DNA of 64,000 nucleotides from a virus. The DNA lies in IMG/VR virus record IMGVR_UViG_3300045988_123953; one strand, given 5' to 3'. A program made the translations under genes and the position numbers. The notes beneath the pieces were generated by a model. That model ran no database searches. It was not told where the DNA came from and saw only the letters and a list, made by a program, of their open reading frames with translations. Shown here piece after piece: positions 11,201 through 18,620 of the stretch (position 1 is its first letter; every line of letters begins with the position of its first letter).

Positions 11201-11892
11201 CTATCCCGGAAGGAGAAGAGGTTTATGTAGAGGGAGATGAGGTTAATAGTATTATGACCGATATGGAATCAAGGTATGGTATAGACACCATCAATCACTC
11301 GCATACGACTAAGGCTATAAGGGATCTTAACGGCGTATCAGGTTATAAAGTAGAATACGGCTTAACCTTTTTGACATACGATCCTTTTATTAGGATATCC
11401 AATCCAAGGGAAGAATATAAGGCTGCGAAAGACGAGCCTCGTATATCCGAAGGACCTCTTACTCACATATCAAGGGTGACAACCCCTTATTTCCTGTACG
11501 GCGGTGATGAAGCATATACATCTGTTCCGGCTAAGGTAGAACCTATACCGGAGAAGATAATGGGTCGTAATGGCATTAAATTTGGTATGAGTGTAGTCGA
11601 GTTAACCAAATTAGGGTACAAAAAAGCTGGTGGAAACTGGATATATAAATTCTATATGAACTCAGGTGTGTATGATTTGTATAATATCAGTACCGGTGAA
11701 GCGTTTAGGGCAAAACCGGATCTTGGAGTTAAGATAAGTTCCAGTGCATTCATCCGCTCTTTATCTCAATCTGGTAGAAAAATACAAAATATGATGAGTA
11801 ATATGAGCCAGGAAGAGATAGATAGGAATAAGAATCTCGTAGAAGGTTCTGATAATTCGGATTCGATAAATGAGTTAAATAAGGAGTGTTGA
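5251..11892 (+). CDS. Giant hypothetical protein (2213 aa), probably virion-associated (tail/ejected-protein class); contains Gly/Ala-rich hydrophobic segments and long coiled-coil-like stretches
   Basis: 6.6-kb uninterrupted ORF translationally coupled to upstream gene; no recognisable catalytic motif by eye. Confidence 0.65.
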   Translation: MADNNIDRYNPAAKTTYEDVARQRKLAEEENYTPATLPETTTPLVPNYMPGEGVYAQPKFPDYASRIAAAEYEEPYIAKEISNSYSEALARNSYRGATPAPPPLNPYGPKVSIRESHQMGNDGVWRTKYPNYIPGINNEDYYARRQSGWSKFWNGVGKFALKSALYGAQGVVSLPDKLINMASEGSYKAALNTNMDKFVGDLDQQIDMLLPHYYKKEVEDYNFGQKLFKDTGNFLWNDVLGNGMSFTVGAMISAYMTGGLGVGSLGNIGAKLGGRIGAKLAARQAANRGIGSLKGVFNDYVRKGVATGRNVGEAAKTMTLLATSAGFESSVEANSFMKQSESDFKDYYRKIYGRDPNAEEMAVFRNSNADVGSAIFAANMGIVGLSNWLLFGKYIGLGGKAIPGLEKRLNKHLFGLGTEVAKPGEMAIKITNPNIGQKIAGNVFNIMKRPVSEGLWEEGSQGAVQNTAEEYVKSRYDNVAMNGAVDVLDAISEGFKKQYTSKEGWTEIGIGAIIGSLFGMREGFFGVKEYSNSQILLERQVNEYNKASSNLNTAALNTLKKSMSLGPQVRSDAQSMTGKELDDAMFEKMSIDNQMGTLEDSAENFRQMIDMMPISEIAEANGMSLEEAKKYKDSIIDNYNNRLSDFRSAQSFAEDLIGDDSKIEFRKYVARNAFLGLQSESRMKDIASVIETLSGQPRVADALSTFSRLSDRARERAMAIRGIRSRIEELESEIEDLATRPRNVEGKDPQAEYIQRKTKELESLRTNYNNSLSELSTLIGKEFSIEELVSKTESVLSSPLSPISSQDVIEAYDTLVAFDDYFNVKSRQEKKFTAKDKAMRSLVNEYRRSLMGYRNMNNFLSKMLDKRFLAEENRGFSKALSSLWSTPYKGDDKVPDFAEPNKVGEYDTDEVVDQAVSEGKISEDEAWTIKAFMHALDKVREDRMKEAEDDIKESPLTESVSDEDYEAAMDNPIMVPAVRQSIIDKLYTGNADLLTAREKDVYDKYKQDFDDYVSSLGDSPVNLIKSLSEKADRLTSPRSVYEDNKAIIDMAKSNLEPDQRKELDDAISSYVDIMNRRDKGERVDEDKLADSVFTIEDLGQVGNITDLLPYIEQNRIIDKGRISESTLSNFGEDDANIDSLVNELDESDNTPGANIDSAQNPETLMVRRISNDGNERYEIAGLRADKFISSIKSLVPIQISSETNANGTKRYSLNIGGETATVIELPYHARWSIDKESARVLNRYTDVSIQDVGNSYSLVYKRLDSDELVPYRTGVGFGENEVDKIDQEALSSLKKGDKVNLEIDVNDTYNQSLFAEYNDAVQSGDKKRIESAENKLVSNMVIKVMSGNRFVSVVKADTGGIDGISKIRRTAFDKWKKDAGRSATIGVGTHVVAQTLPGRPVFNMKVNGQGYGQVENLPITEKGAEKVSDVGYVLNGKVVLKNGSKYTGFPFAYSILNDKGNNYKNVRVPVVVIKGKNGLNYLFPVSLRSVESEEGRKWMSFIDMLLESGDSELPQMGQDDIQDLNAYLTKLGLDPASYQVSYLNPISGLRKAREAIEELSTVPDVVKWVEDGSRSVKDIVTSEVESGIDFEGEMFVAPKIRIQFGKSSSSPKSLIEDDLPFSDEGKTVTSKEYVDVYEEEMPEEGTILGTQPAPLAQPTPAAQAAQSLPGKKRTSRKNFSLMLNEIESHIEKEGLPPYANIFDFIARKIVGGDLRFLRERGNPKSLKEEMGLEPKGTVGDKISTPSSKGGKTLEEYVSWLRSQTDQVVVDYVGPRSDEQIISELKNFLKYINFVPSKALNYSLRVNGMDTLKEYGTKEEVEKMESDINSLVSKVLPTVDNQTIEDVSTAIKSNNLPAIWEPVESLNMTNEEKIEFLNNIADFLSGIPEYDAVVESIESESDNILNDGKEGSAEGGAVRAEEDGDKKGDGEGKGQSRTNVEVKGNIELPGYEEGRVDNYRKNGDKFSDIAEVTLWLLRRAAGITSIPEGEEVYVEGDEVNSIMTDMESRYGIDTINHSHTTKAIRDLNGVSGYKVEYGLTFLTYDPFIRISNPREEYKAAKDEPRISEGPLTHISRVTTPYFLYGGDEAYTSVPAKVEPIPEKIMGRNGIKFGMSVVELTKLGYKKAGGNWIYKFYMNSGVYDLYNISTGEAFRAKPDLGVKISSSAFIRSLSQSGRKIQNMMSNMSQEEIDRNKNLVEGSDNSDSINELNKEC

Positions 11893-11894
11893 GT

Positions 11895-12425
11895 ATGAGA
11901 AGGAGATTTTTTAATGCTGCGGATAATTTCGTGGGAGGATGTTATAATAAGTTATCCAATGAAGATATAAAAAGGCTTGGAGGAAAAAGACCTTATGTAT
12001 GTCAGTTTAATAAAATTCATATACATATAGGACCTGTATTAAAAGATCATGATTCTGATGTTAGTTACATAATGTTTAATAGTAATTGGAATTATGGTGG
12101 TTATGAATCTATGGTTTATAATCATAGCAATAATGGTATTTTTATATTAGGTGAAAACAAAATTGGTAACATAGAAGATCATATACAAGATCTAACATAT
12201 TGGTACGAATATGATCCAAGCATTAATGAAAATTATTGTTATTTTTATTATGAGGCTAATAACAGCGGAAATGCTATCAAGTTGAATGGTGAGTTTGGTG
12301 ATACCAGTACTGTTTTCAACATTCCCAGCTTGGAAGTCACCACTCTTCGTGATGGCAGTTTGAGTTTTCCGGAGATTTATATAGAAGGAATTTGGGATCC
12401 GTCATTGTATAAGTCGGTTTTATAA
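11895..12425 (+). CDS. MRRRF-N-terminus family protein, paralog 1 (176 aa)
   Basis: ATG at 11895 preceded by AAGGAG (11879-11884); ORF track starts at an earlier TTG (11886). Shares the N-terminal motif MRRRF with genes at 27989 and 28611. Confidence 0.55.
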   Translation: MRRRFFNAADNFVGGCYNKLSNEDIKRLGGKRPYVCQFNKIHIHIGPVLKDHDSDVSYIMFNSNWNYGGYESMVYNHSNNGIFILGENKIGNIEDHIQDLTYWYEYDPSINENYCYFYYEANNSGNAIKLNGEFGDTSTVFNIPSLEVTTLRDGSLSFPEIYIEGIWDPSLYKSVL

Positions 12426-12451
12426 TTAACTTTGCAAAAAAGTTAATTACA

Positions 12452-14710
12452 ATGGGTGTCAAATGTCAGATAGAAAAAAAGGAAAATGAAATAAAACGGG
12501 TTAAGGCTCCTAACGGGGAGCCTTCCGTTCTTTACGAAAGTGCTTTAAAAGTATTAGGAAACAGCGAGCGGGCTCTTCAGGTATGGGCTAAGGCTTACAC
12601 TCCTGGTTTTTTGTCGTATTACGGTCATTGGAATAACCCGGCTCCAGGAGAGATGTTTAATACCGATCCCAATGGTGAACCTCTTTTAGAAGACGTGCTG
12701 TCGTATATGAAGCGTCAGACTTATTTTGCTGATCCTTTAACGGCTCAGGATGTTAAGGATGTAAGGGATTTCCTTTTGTCTACTCATTATTTTTTCAATG
12801 CGTCTTCATTGTCTAATGCTATTCTCTTCGATTTTTATGTAGATGGCAGTTTGATACTGAATGAGCAGAAATTAAGGAGATCCGGTTTGTATGATGAAAC
12901 AGAAATAAGTCGTATTTTATCCGATCCTTCTGTTTTAAACGAGGTTTCGACTTCCATGAGAAAGTTAATAGATTCTTCTATTAACGAACATGATAGGGAA
13001 AAAGATAATTATTTTATGTCTATTGACTATCAGTATGGTCCTATTGTTTACAAGGAGGGAGTGTTTAACCAATTTGGTAAAAAAGTACCATATAATCCTT
13101 CTGAGCTTTATTATGCTATGCGTAAAACAGTAGCCGGCATAAAAAACTTTTCTGAATTTTCATCTGCTTTTGAATCGTTGAGAAATTCATATCCTGAACT
13201 GGTTGAGAAATTCGTTTCTGATAAAGAATTTGCCGAATCTATGTTTGATGAGTTCTCATCTACGAATAAGATTCCGGTAATAAACATAGAAGGGGATGAT
13301 GTGGTGGAAGGCAAGAGAAGATCTTTGTCTAAGCTACAAGATCTTTCTTATTACAATTCCGGCAAAATAGAGTTCCTAAGAGCTCGTATATCAGCTTATT
13401 TACATAGGGCTAATGCCGACACCGAATCCGATTTAAGAAGCATGATATGGGATATAGAAGAGGCTTGTACGTGGTTTGGCATAGATATAATAGGGACATC
13501 GGAAACTTATGATGGCACAGAAGAATCTTTGAATAAGATAGATAATTTGATGCTGGATCTTGATATTTATGTGGCCAGGCATAATGATGTAAATTATGCT
13601 CCAACGCTGGCATCTTCTATAGATGATGTTCTTGGTGATAGTACAGACTATTATTTTGGATTATTGCCGGAGTATATGGATAATTTGAATATCGTTTATT
13701 CTGAATCCGATATAGACCCAGTAGAGGCATTTGAGAAACATTCATTGCTTAAGGTAGGAGATAATCTATATCAAAGGATCAGCAAAGATGATCTTAACGA
13801 GATGTATCAAATATCAACAGTATTAGCCAAGCACAACCTAACTCATTTTTCTACTAAAATATATCCTGAATCTTGTTTTAAGAACGGCGTTTTGGATAAA
13901 GAGAAAGTACGGAACGTAGATAATAATACGCTCATGGCTTCCATTAAAAAATACGTCAGATCGTTCATGGATTCTCAGAACACAGAGGACATGATAATGA
14001 CCAGGATGGCGTTTGGGCACCCTGCGGTACTTGACGTTCCTTACGTGGATGTGGATCGGGAGTATAGTCGATACATGAACAAAAAACAAGATAGCGAAAA
14101 CCCATTATCCTTATTCGATTTATACCAATCTTACCTTGACAACAAACTCCATAAAACAAAATTATATGATAATGCCTATAAGTATCTTGACTTCAAACCT
14201 GGTCCATCTTTGGGTCTTATTTCTGATGATCCTGATATTTTGAAATCAATAGAATTATCTTTATCTGGAAAAGACAGGTTGATGTTGTTTGATTATAGCA
14301 TGACCAGTACCGACCCTTCTTTATCAGAATTGTTTTATTTGGAGAGGTATGACCCTTCGTATGCTGGGAATGATTTTGAACACTATTTTTACACCAGGCA
14401 CCCGTATTTGTTAAAAGAAAAATCGGGTTCTAATATCGTAGAGCAAGATGGTGTTATAACAGCAGAAGGTATTTATGATAATTTTATAAGAGTAGGTAAT
14501 AAGATATGGTCTAAAGTAAGCGAGAGTAGTTCCGGCTCTATCTACCAAAATCTGACAGGAACCGAATCGGAGGTGAAATACGATTCTACTCAGAAGGTAA
14601 AGACGGTAGAAACCGATTACGCTCCATACCAAAACAGATCTGGCTTGACGCAAGATATGATCGTAAGCAAGTCTGAATTGGATGATCTTAACAAATTAGA
14701 ATGCAAATAA
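12452..14710 (+). CDS. Hypothetical protein (752 aa)
   Basis: Long ORF continuing the + strand operon; weak hairpin plus T-run after stop. Confidence 0.6.
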   Translation: MGVKCQIEKKENEIKRVKAPNGEPSVLYESALKVLGNSERALQVWAKAYTPGFLSYYGHWNNPAPGEMFNTDPNGEPLLEDVLSYMKRQTYFADPLTAQDVKDVRDFLLSTHYFFNASSLSNAILFDFYVDGSLILNEQKLRRSGLYDETEISRILSDPSVLNEVSTSMRKLIDSSINEHDREKDNYFMSIDYQYGPIVYKEGVFNQFGKKVPYNPSELYYAMRKTVAGIKNFSEFSSAFESLRNSYPELVEKFVSDKEFAESMFDEFSSTNKIPVINIEGDDVVEGKRRSLSKLQDLSYYNSGKIEFLRARISAYLHRANADTESDLRSMIWDIEEACTWFGIDIIGTSETYDGTEESLNKIDNLMLDLDIYVARHNDVNYAPTLASSIDDVLGDSTDYYFGLLPEYMDNLNIVYSESDIDPVEAFEKHSLLKVGDNLYQRISKDDLNEMYQISTVLAKHNLTHFSTKIYPESCFKNGVLDKEKVRNVDNNTLMASIKKYVRSFMDSQNTEDMIMTRMAFGHPAVLDVPYVDVDREYSRYMNKKQDSENPLSLFDLYQSYLDNKLHKTKLYDNAYKYLDFKPGPSLGLISDDPDILKSIELSLSGKDRLMLFDYSMTSTDPSLSELFYLERYDPSYAGNDFEHYFYTRHPYLLKEKSGSNIVEQDGVITAEGIYDNFIRVGNKIWSKVSESSSGSIYQNLTGTESEVKYDSTQKVKTVETDYAPYQNRSGLTQDMIVSKSELDDLNKLECK

Positions 14711-14935
14711 TTTTTGTACACATATAATATAGTTTTTTCATAATTACGATTTGGGAAGTGGGGCTTGTGAAAGTCTCACTTTTCTTATATATGCACGTAT
14801 ATCAACAACATACAAGAAAAGTTAGATTTTCATTGTTTATGGATTATTTTTATTAAGTTTGCGATATTAGTTTCAGGAAGGGATTATAGAAAATAGGAAA
14901 AAGTAAGAACCGAACGTAACTAATAACAGTAGGAA

Positions 14936-15133
14936 ATGAGAATCAGTACCATCAAACGTAACAACAGCATTCATCTTATGTATAAAAACATTATGAATGA
15001 TTTAGGTCAATTAAGAACTGTAGTTTCAAAATCCTATATTTATAATCTGATACAAAATCAAACCGGATTAAGTATCAGAACTGTATCCCATGTACTTAAC
15101 CATACCAAAGAACAGGATACGGATTCTTTGTGA
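14936..15133 (+). CDS. Small putative helix-turn-helix DNA-binding protein (65 aa)
   Basis: Segment NLIQNQTGLSIRTVSHVLN resembles the LacI/Xre-type HTH recognition helix (xSxxTVSRVLN); lies in a 680-nt non-coding gap and is followed by a terminator-like hairpin. Confidence 0.35.
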   Translation: MRISTIKRNNSIHLMYKNIMNDLGQLRTVVSKSYIYNLIQNQTGLSIRTVSHVLNHTKEQDTDSL

Positions 15134-15219
15134 AAAGCATGTATTTTCATACATTTGTTCGTTCTTTAGTTTTAGTAGGGAAAAGCTTTTCATGGTATTT
15201 TGGTTTAGATTAGTTGAGG

Positions 15220-15249
15220 CAGGATTCGCAGTGATGCGGATCCTGTTTT
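15220..15249 (+). terminator. Rho-independent terminator-like hairpin (10-bp stem CAGGATTCGC/GCGGATCCTG, loop AGTGAT, then TTTT)
   Basis: Stem pairing read directly from sequence (one G-U pair) followed by T4. Confidence 0.5.
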
Positions 15250-15301
15250 GATTTACAGCGCTTTACCCAAAAAAAGAAAAGCGAAAGTTGCTGATTATCA
15301 A

Positions 15302-15323
15302 TTTTTCCCCATAAATGGGGAAA
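15302..15323. promoter_or_regulatory. Perfect 9-bp palindromic hairpin TTTTCCCCA-TAAA-TGGGGAAAA upstream of the Gly/Asn/Cys-rich gene
   Basis: Seen directly; no T-run, so more likely an operator/RNA structure than a terminator. Confidence 0.4.
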
Positions 15324-15468
15324 ACTACTCGTTGTATATTATATTTCCGTTTTTACTGAAAATCCTTCCATTTTATCGGAAACAAACTCAGCCTTGTTCC
15401 ACCCTGCAATCATGATCTTTGTTACGTGCTTCATGCACGTATGTTTAACAATTAAATACTATAAAATT

Positions 15469-16476
15469 ATGGGTGGTGATAAAATCGTCCTTTTAGATGG
15501 AGCCGGGGCTAACGGTGGTGGTGCAGCCACTAACGGTCTTCTTTCAATGATTCCCGGCATGTTTGCTAATTTGATAGGTGGTAATAAAATGGATCCGAAT
15601 CTGGTGGCGGCTTTGATGAACGGTCGTAACAACCAGGACGGTTTCGGTGGGGCTAACGGTTGGTGGCTCTGGATAATTGTTTTGTTCTGGCTGTGGGGTG
15701 GACGCGGCTTCGGTAACGGTTTTGGAAATGGCGGTGATTGTTGTGCCAATGGTTTGCCGGCTCAGTTGAATAACGATTACGGTCGTGAACTTTTGATGCA
15801 GGCAATTCAAGGTAATCGTAGCGCCATAGATCAGATTGCTTCTGCTTTGAACTGTTCTACTACTCAACTTCAGAACGCTATCTGCAACGTACAGGGTGCT
15901 ATTGATAAAGTAGCTGGTCAGGTAGGTATGACTTCTCAGGCTGTTATCAACGCAGTTCAACAACAAGGTTGTGAAATAGGAAATCAAATCAGCTCTTGCT
16001 GCTGCAATCTGAGTTCGTTGATCAATCAAAGCACTTGCCAGACTCAGGGAATGATTACTCAGCAAGGTTTTGATAACCAGCTTCGCACGTTGGAACAAAC
16101 CAATGTCTTGCAGAACGGTCTCAACCAAGGTCTGGCTAACAATCGTGAGCAAGCTACAAGCCAATTCAATATCTTGTCTGCGAAACTTGACGCCCAAACC
16201 GTTATGATCAACGACAAATTCTGTCAGTTGGAAATGAGGGAAATGCAGAACACTATTGCTCAACTTCGTGAAGAAAAAGCGGCTTTGACAGCTTCGGCAT
16301 TATCTCAGCAACAAACCCAGAATATCGTTGGTCAATTACGCCCGACGGCCGTCCCGGCCTACCCCTCTTGTTCTCCTTACCAGGCTTATACTTGGGGACA
16401 GGTATTCGGAGGAGGTTGCTGTAATAACGGATGCGGATGTAACAACGGATGTTGCAATAACAACGCTGCTGTCTGA
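15469..16476 (+). CDS. Gly/Asn/Gln/Cys-rich low-complexity membrane protein (Trp-rich TM segment WWLWIIVLFWLW; C-terminal GGGCCNNGCGCNNGCCNNN)
   Basis: ORF open from 15394, but the first 25 codons look non-coding-like, so the start is assigned to ATG 15469 (MGGDKIVLL). Extreme composition read from the translation. Confidence 0.5.
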   Translation: MGGDKIVLLDGAGANGGGAATNGLLSMIPGMFANLIGGNKMDPNLVAALMNGRNNQDGFGGANGWWLWIIVLFWLWGGRGFGNGFGNGGDCCANGLPAQLNNDYGRELLMQAIQGNRSAIDQIASALNCSTTQLQNAICNVQGAIDKVAGQVGMTSQAVINAVQQQGCEIGNQISSCCCNLSSLINQSTCQTQGMITQQGFDNQLRTLEQTNVLQNGLNQGLANNREQATSQFNILSAKLDAQTVMINDKFCQLEMREMQNTIAQLREEKAALTASALSQQQTQNIVGQLRPTAVPAYPSCSPYQAYTWGQVFGGGCCNNGCGCNNGCCNNNAAV

Positions 16477-16499
16477 TTTTATTAAGAAAGGAGGCTAAT

Positions 16500-16913
16500 A
16501 TGGCTTGTGTTTCTAAAATAGGATCGTTGTATGAGATGGTTACGAAGAATGTTATTGTCAGTACGACAAATACAGTCTTCGGTATTAACCCACGGGCTTG
16601 GATCGCCCTTCCGTGTGAGGGTCTTATCCTTCTTAAGATAAGGCAAGTAGTCCCCACAGCCGGAAGTGCTCTACCGGTACAGATTGCGGTCCCGGCAAAC
16701 AGCACAGTTTCAACAGTAGGAGCCGACACCTGTTGCCCGGTTACGGGAGTGAATGTCGTGAACCCTATTAACGTAGCTGTCACGGGTGCTGCTATGGTAA
16801 ATGGCACAGAACGCCTTCTGTACTTCAATAAAGTTCGTGGCGTGTTAAGATTAATGGATTGTTGTGTTCCGACAACAACAGCCCAGGCGTCTGAAGTTAA
16901 AGCAGGTAAATGA
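16500..16913 (+). CDS. Hypothetical protein (137 aa), Thr/Val/Ala-rich
   Basis: ATG preceded by AAAGGAGG 7 nt upstream; followed by a strong terminator. Confidence 0.65.
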   Translation: MACVSKIGSLYEMVTKNVIVSTTNTVFGINPRAWIALPCEGLILLKIRQVVPTAGSALPVQIAVPANSTVSTVGADTCCPVTGVNVVNPINVAVTGAAMVNGTERLLYFNKVRGVLRLMDCCVPTTTAQASEVKAGK

Positions 16914-16920
16914 TTTCAGT

Positions 16921-16950
16921 AGGGTGATGAAGATCATCACCCTATTTTCA
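16921..16950 (+). terminator. Rho-independent terminator (9-bp stem AGGGTGATG/CATCACCCT, loop AAGAT, then ATTTTCA)
   Basis: Perfect stem read from sequence, T-run downstream. Confidence 0.55.
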
Positions 16951-16963
16951 CCTAACTAATATT

Positions 16964-17458
16964 TTGATCATGTTTTCAGATTTGAAGAAAGGGTTTCAGG
17001 TACATACCCTTGATACTAATACAGTACCTAAATACGAATTGGGAAAGGTAGTAGCCGTATCCGAACCCAGGTATCTTCCTCCTCAGCCAGGTCAGTATCA
17101 GGCGATGCAGACCCGCGTGGTGGATCTGACGGTAGAGCTCACTGGCGAAACCAAGACCTATACGGTCCCGGAATCCCAGAATGTGGCTAAGGCTATGGGC
17201 ATAACATTATCTACCAGCATAGATCCGATTATGAACGAACTGAATGCTATAAAAAACACCAGTCAAGACATAATAAACAGCGTAGATGCCCATCGTGCCA
17301 AGATAGAGGCTTGTGAATCTATATTAGAAGACATCAATCCGGCATTCAAACAAACGAGAGAGCAGGATCGTAAAATAGCTGGTATAGAAAATAAGGTGAA
17401 TGACCTTACTGATTCATTCGAAGATTTAAAGAAGTTAATTGTAGAACGTTTGAAATAA
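16964..17458 (+). CDS. Hypothetical protein (164 aa)
   Basis: ORF; TTG at 16964 or ATG at 16970 as start. Confidence 0.55.
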   Translation: MIMFSDLKKGFQVHTLDTNTVPKYELGKVVAVSEPRYLPPQPGQYQAMQTRVVDLTVELTGETKTYTVPESQNVAKAMGITLSTSIDPIMNELNAIKNTSQDIINSVDAHRAKIEACESILEDINPAFKQTREQDRKIAGIENKVNDLTDSFEDLKKLIVERLK

Positions 17459-17465
17459 GTGTAAT

Positions 17466-17834
17466 ATGATAGTATATGATTTAAATTCAGGACACAGAGA
17501 ATATCCTGGATATGACGAGATAGAAGACAGACGAGGTGGAGGCAGAGGCAGAAGCCGGCGTTCTGATGGGACGTACATGGGGTACGGTGGTGGTATTTAC
17601 GACCATTACGGTATGCATGAGAAGATGAAGGAAATGGAAGAACGCGAAAACGAGCTGGAAGAAAGGGAAAGAAGGCTTGAAGAGCGCGAACGTCGTCATG
17701 AAATGGAGGACCGGGAATACCGGAGGATGGGTTACGAATCCTACCCGACCGATTACTATGGAGACGACAGATACTACGGTGACGGACCTCAGATGCGTAG
17801 AGGTCGCGGACGTGGCAGAGGTCGTTCTTATTGA
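17466..17834 (+). CDS. RGG/RG-repeat and Glu/Arg-rich low-complexity protein (122 aa)
   Basis: Translation contains GGGRGRSRR, ERERRLEERERR, DRYYGDG and a C-terminal GRGRGRGRSY; ends with TGA, and the same frame stays open for a further 128 codons. Confidence 0.5.
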   Translation: MIVYDLNSGHREYPGYDEIEDRRGGGRGRSRRSDGTYMGYGGGIYDHYGMHEKMKEMEERENELEERERRLEERERRHEMEDREYRRMGYESYPTDYYGDDRYYGDGPQMRRGRGRGRGRSY

Positions 17835-17927
17835 GGAGCAGACGCAGAGGATCCAGCTTATCAGAAATATGTAGATACTTACGGCTACCATTTTTCTAAT
17901 GCTCTCGCTGATGAGGCGGTAAAGAAG

Positions 17928-18221
17928 ATGGTCAACGTCGATGGATCCAAGAGGATCTGGAAGCAGCCGGAAATAAAAGATATTTTTGAAAAGTGCGGAG
18001 CGAAGAAGCCGGATAAAGCGACATGGGGCGATGTCCAATATGTCTTTGCAATGTACTATTCGGATGGTTTTCCGAAGGTCTTCAAATGTGAGAACGAGTT
18101 GGTGAAAGCTACGTTAATGTATTTGGATGATCCGGATGCTCCCGAAGGAGTAGCCTTTATAAGATGGCTTGCCGTGCAAGATTACCTCGGCGAAAAAATA
18201 AACTGGAAGGATCTGACCTGA
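17928..18221 (+). CDS. Hypothetical protein (97 aa from first ATG; frame open back to the TGA at 17833-17835)
   Basis: Same frame as the upstream RGG gene, separated by a single TGA. Confidence 0.4.
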   Translation: MVNVDGSKRIWKQPEIKDIFEKCGAKKPDKATWGDVQYVFAMYYSDGFPKVFKCENELVKATLMYLDDPDAPEGVAFIRWLAVQDYLGEKINWKDLT

Positions 18222-18272
18222 GATCCAGATCCAGGTCCTTCCGGTGGTGCGGGAGCCATAGTAAAAAATATG

Positions 18273-18298
18273 ATTCCCGCATTCCCGTTTTTCCCGTT
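18273..18298. repeat. Three direct TTCCCG repeats (gaTTCCCGcaTTCCCGtttTTCCCGttt)
   Basis: Seen directly in the intergenic region after the 17928..18221 ORF. Confidence 0.4.
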
Positions 18299-18384
18299 TG
18301 GAAAAAAAAGAATAAAAATATTATACCGGTCGGCGGGCAATAGAATACCCGTGGCCGGTTTGTTTCACATAACTTTTTTTTGAC

Positions 18385-18561
18385 ATGAATATAGCACACG
18401 AATCTAAATCGAATAAAACCCCATTGTATTTAATAGGAGAGTTGATTGGCGTACCGAATACGGTTATGGACTCAGCATTGCATGAACTAAAAGATAGAAT
18501 AGACAAAGACCCTAAGTATAAAGATGTTAAAAATTGGCTCGAATCTTTACCCAAGATCTGA
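18385..18561 (+). CDS. Small hypothetical protein (58 aa), not in ORF track (below length cutoff)
   Basis: ATG 18385 immediately after a TTGACA box; stop TGA 18559-18561 followed by a terminator. Confidence 0.35.
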   Translation: MNIAHESKSNKTPLYLIGELIGVPNTVMDSALHELKDRIDKDPKYKDVKNWLESLPKI

Positions 18562-18584
18562 ACCTATTTTTTTTCAATACCAGG

Positions 18585-18620
18585 CCCGATGCGATTTTAA
18601 CGTATCGGGTTTTTATTTTA
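18585..18620 (+). terminator. Rho-independent terminator (stem CCCGATGCG/CGTATCGGG, then TTTTTATTTT)
   Basis: Hairpin with one mismatch plus a long T-run. Confidence 0.55.

Noticed and set aside
15394-15468. N-terminal 25 codons of ORF 15394..16476 (MFHPAIMIFVTCFMHVCLTIKYYKI)
   Set aside because: Looks like translated AT-rich promoter sequence; the internal Met MGGDKIVLL gives a more plausible start. Either start lacks a clear SD, so this is uncertain.
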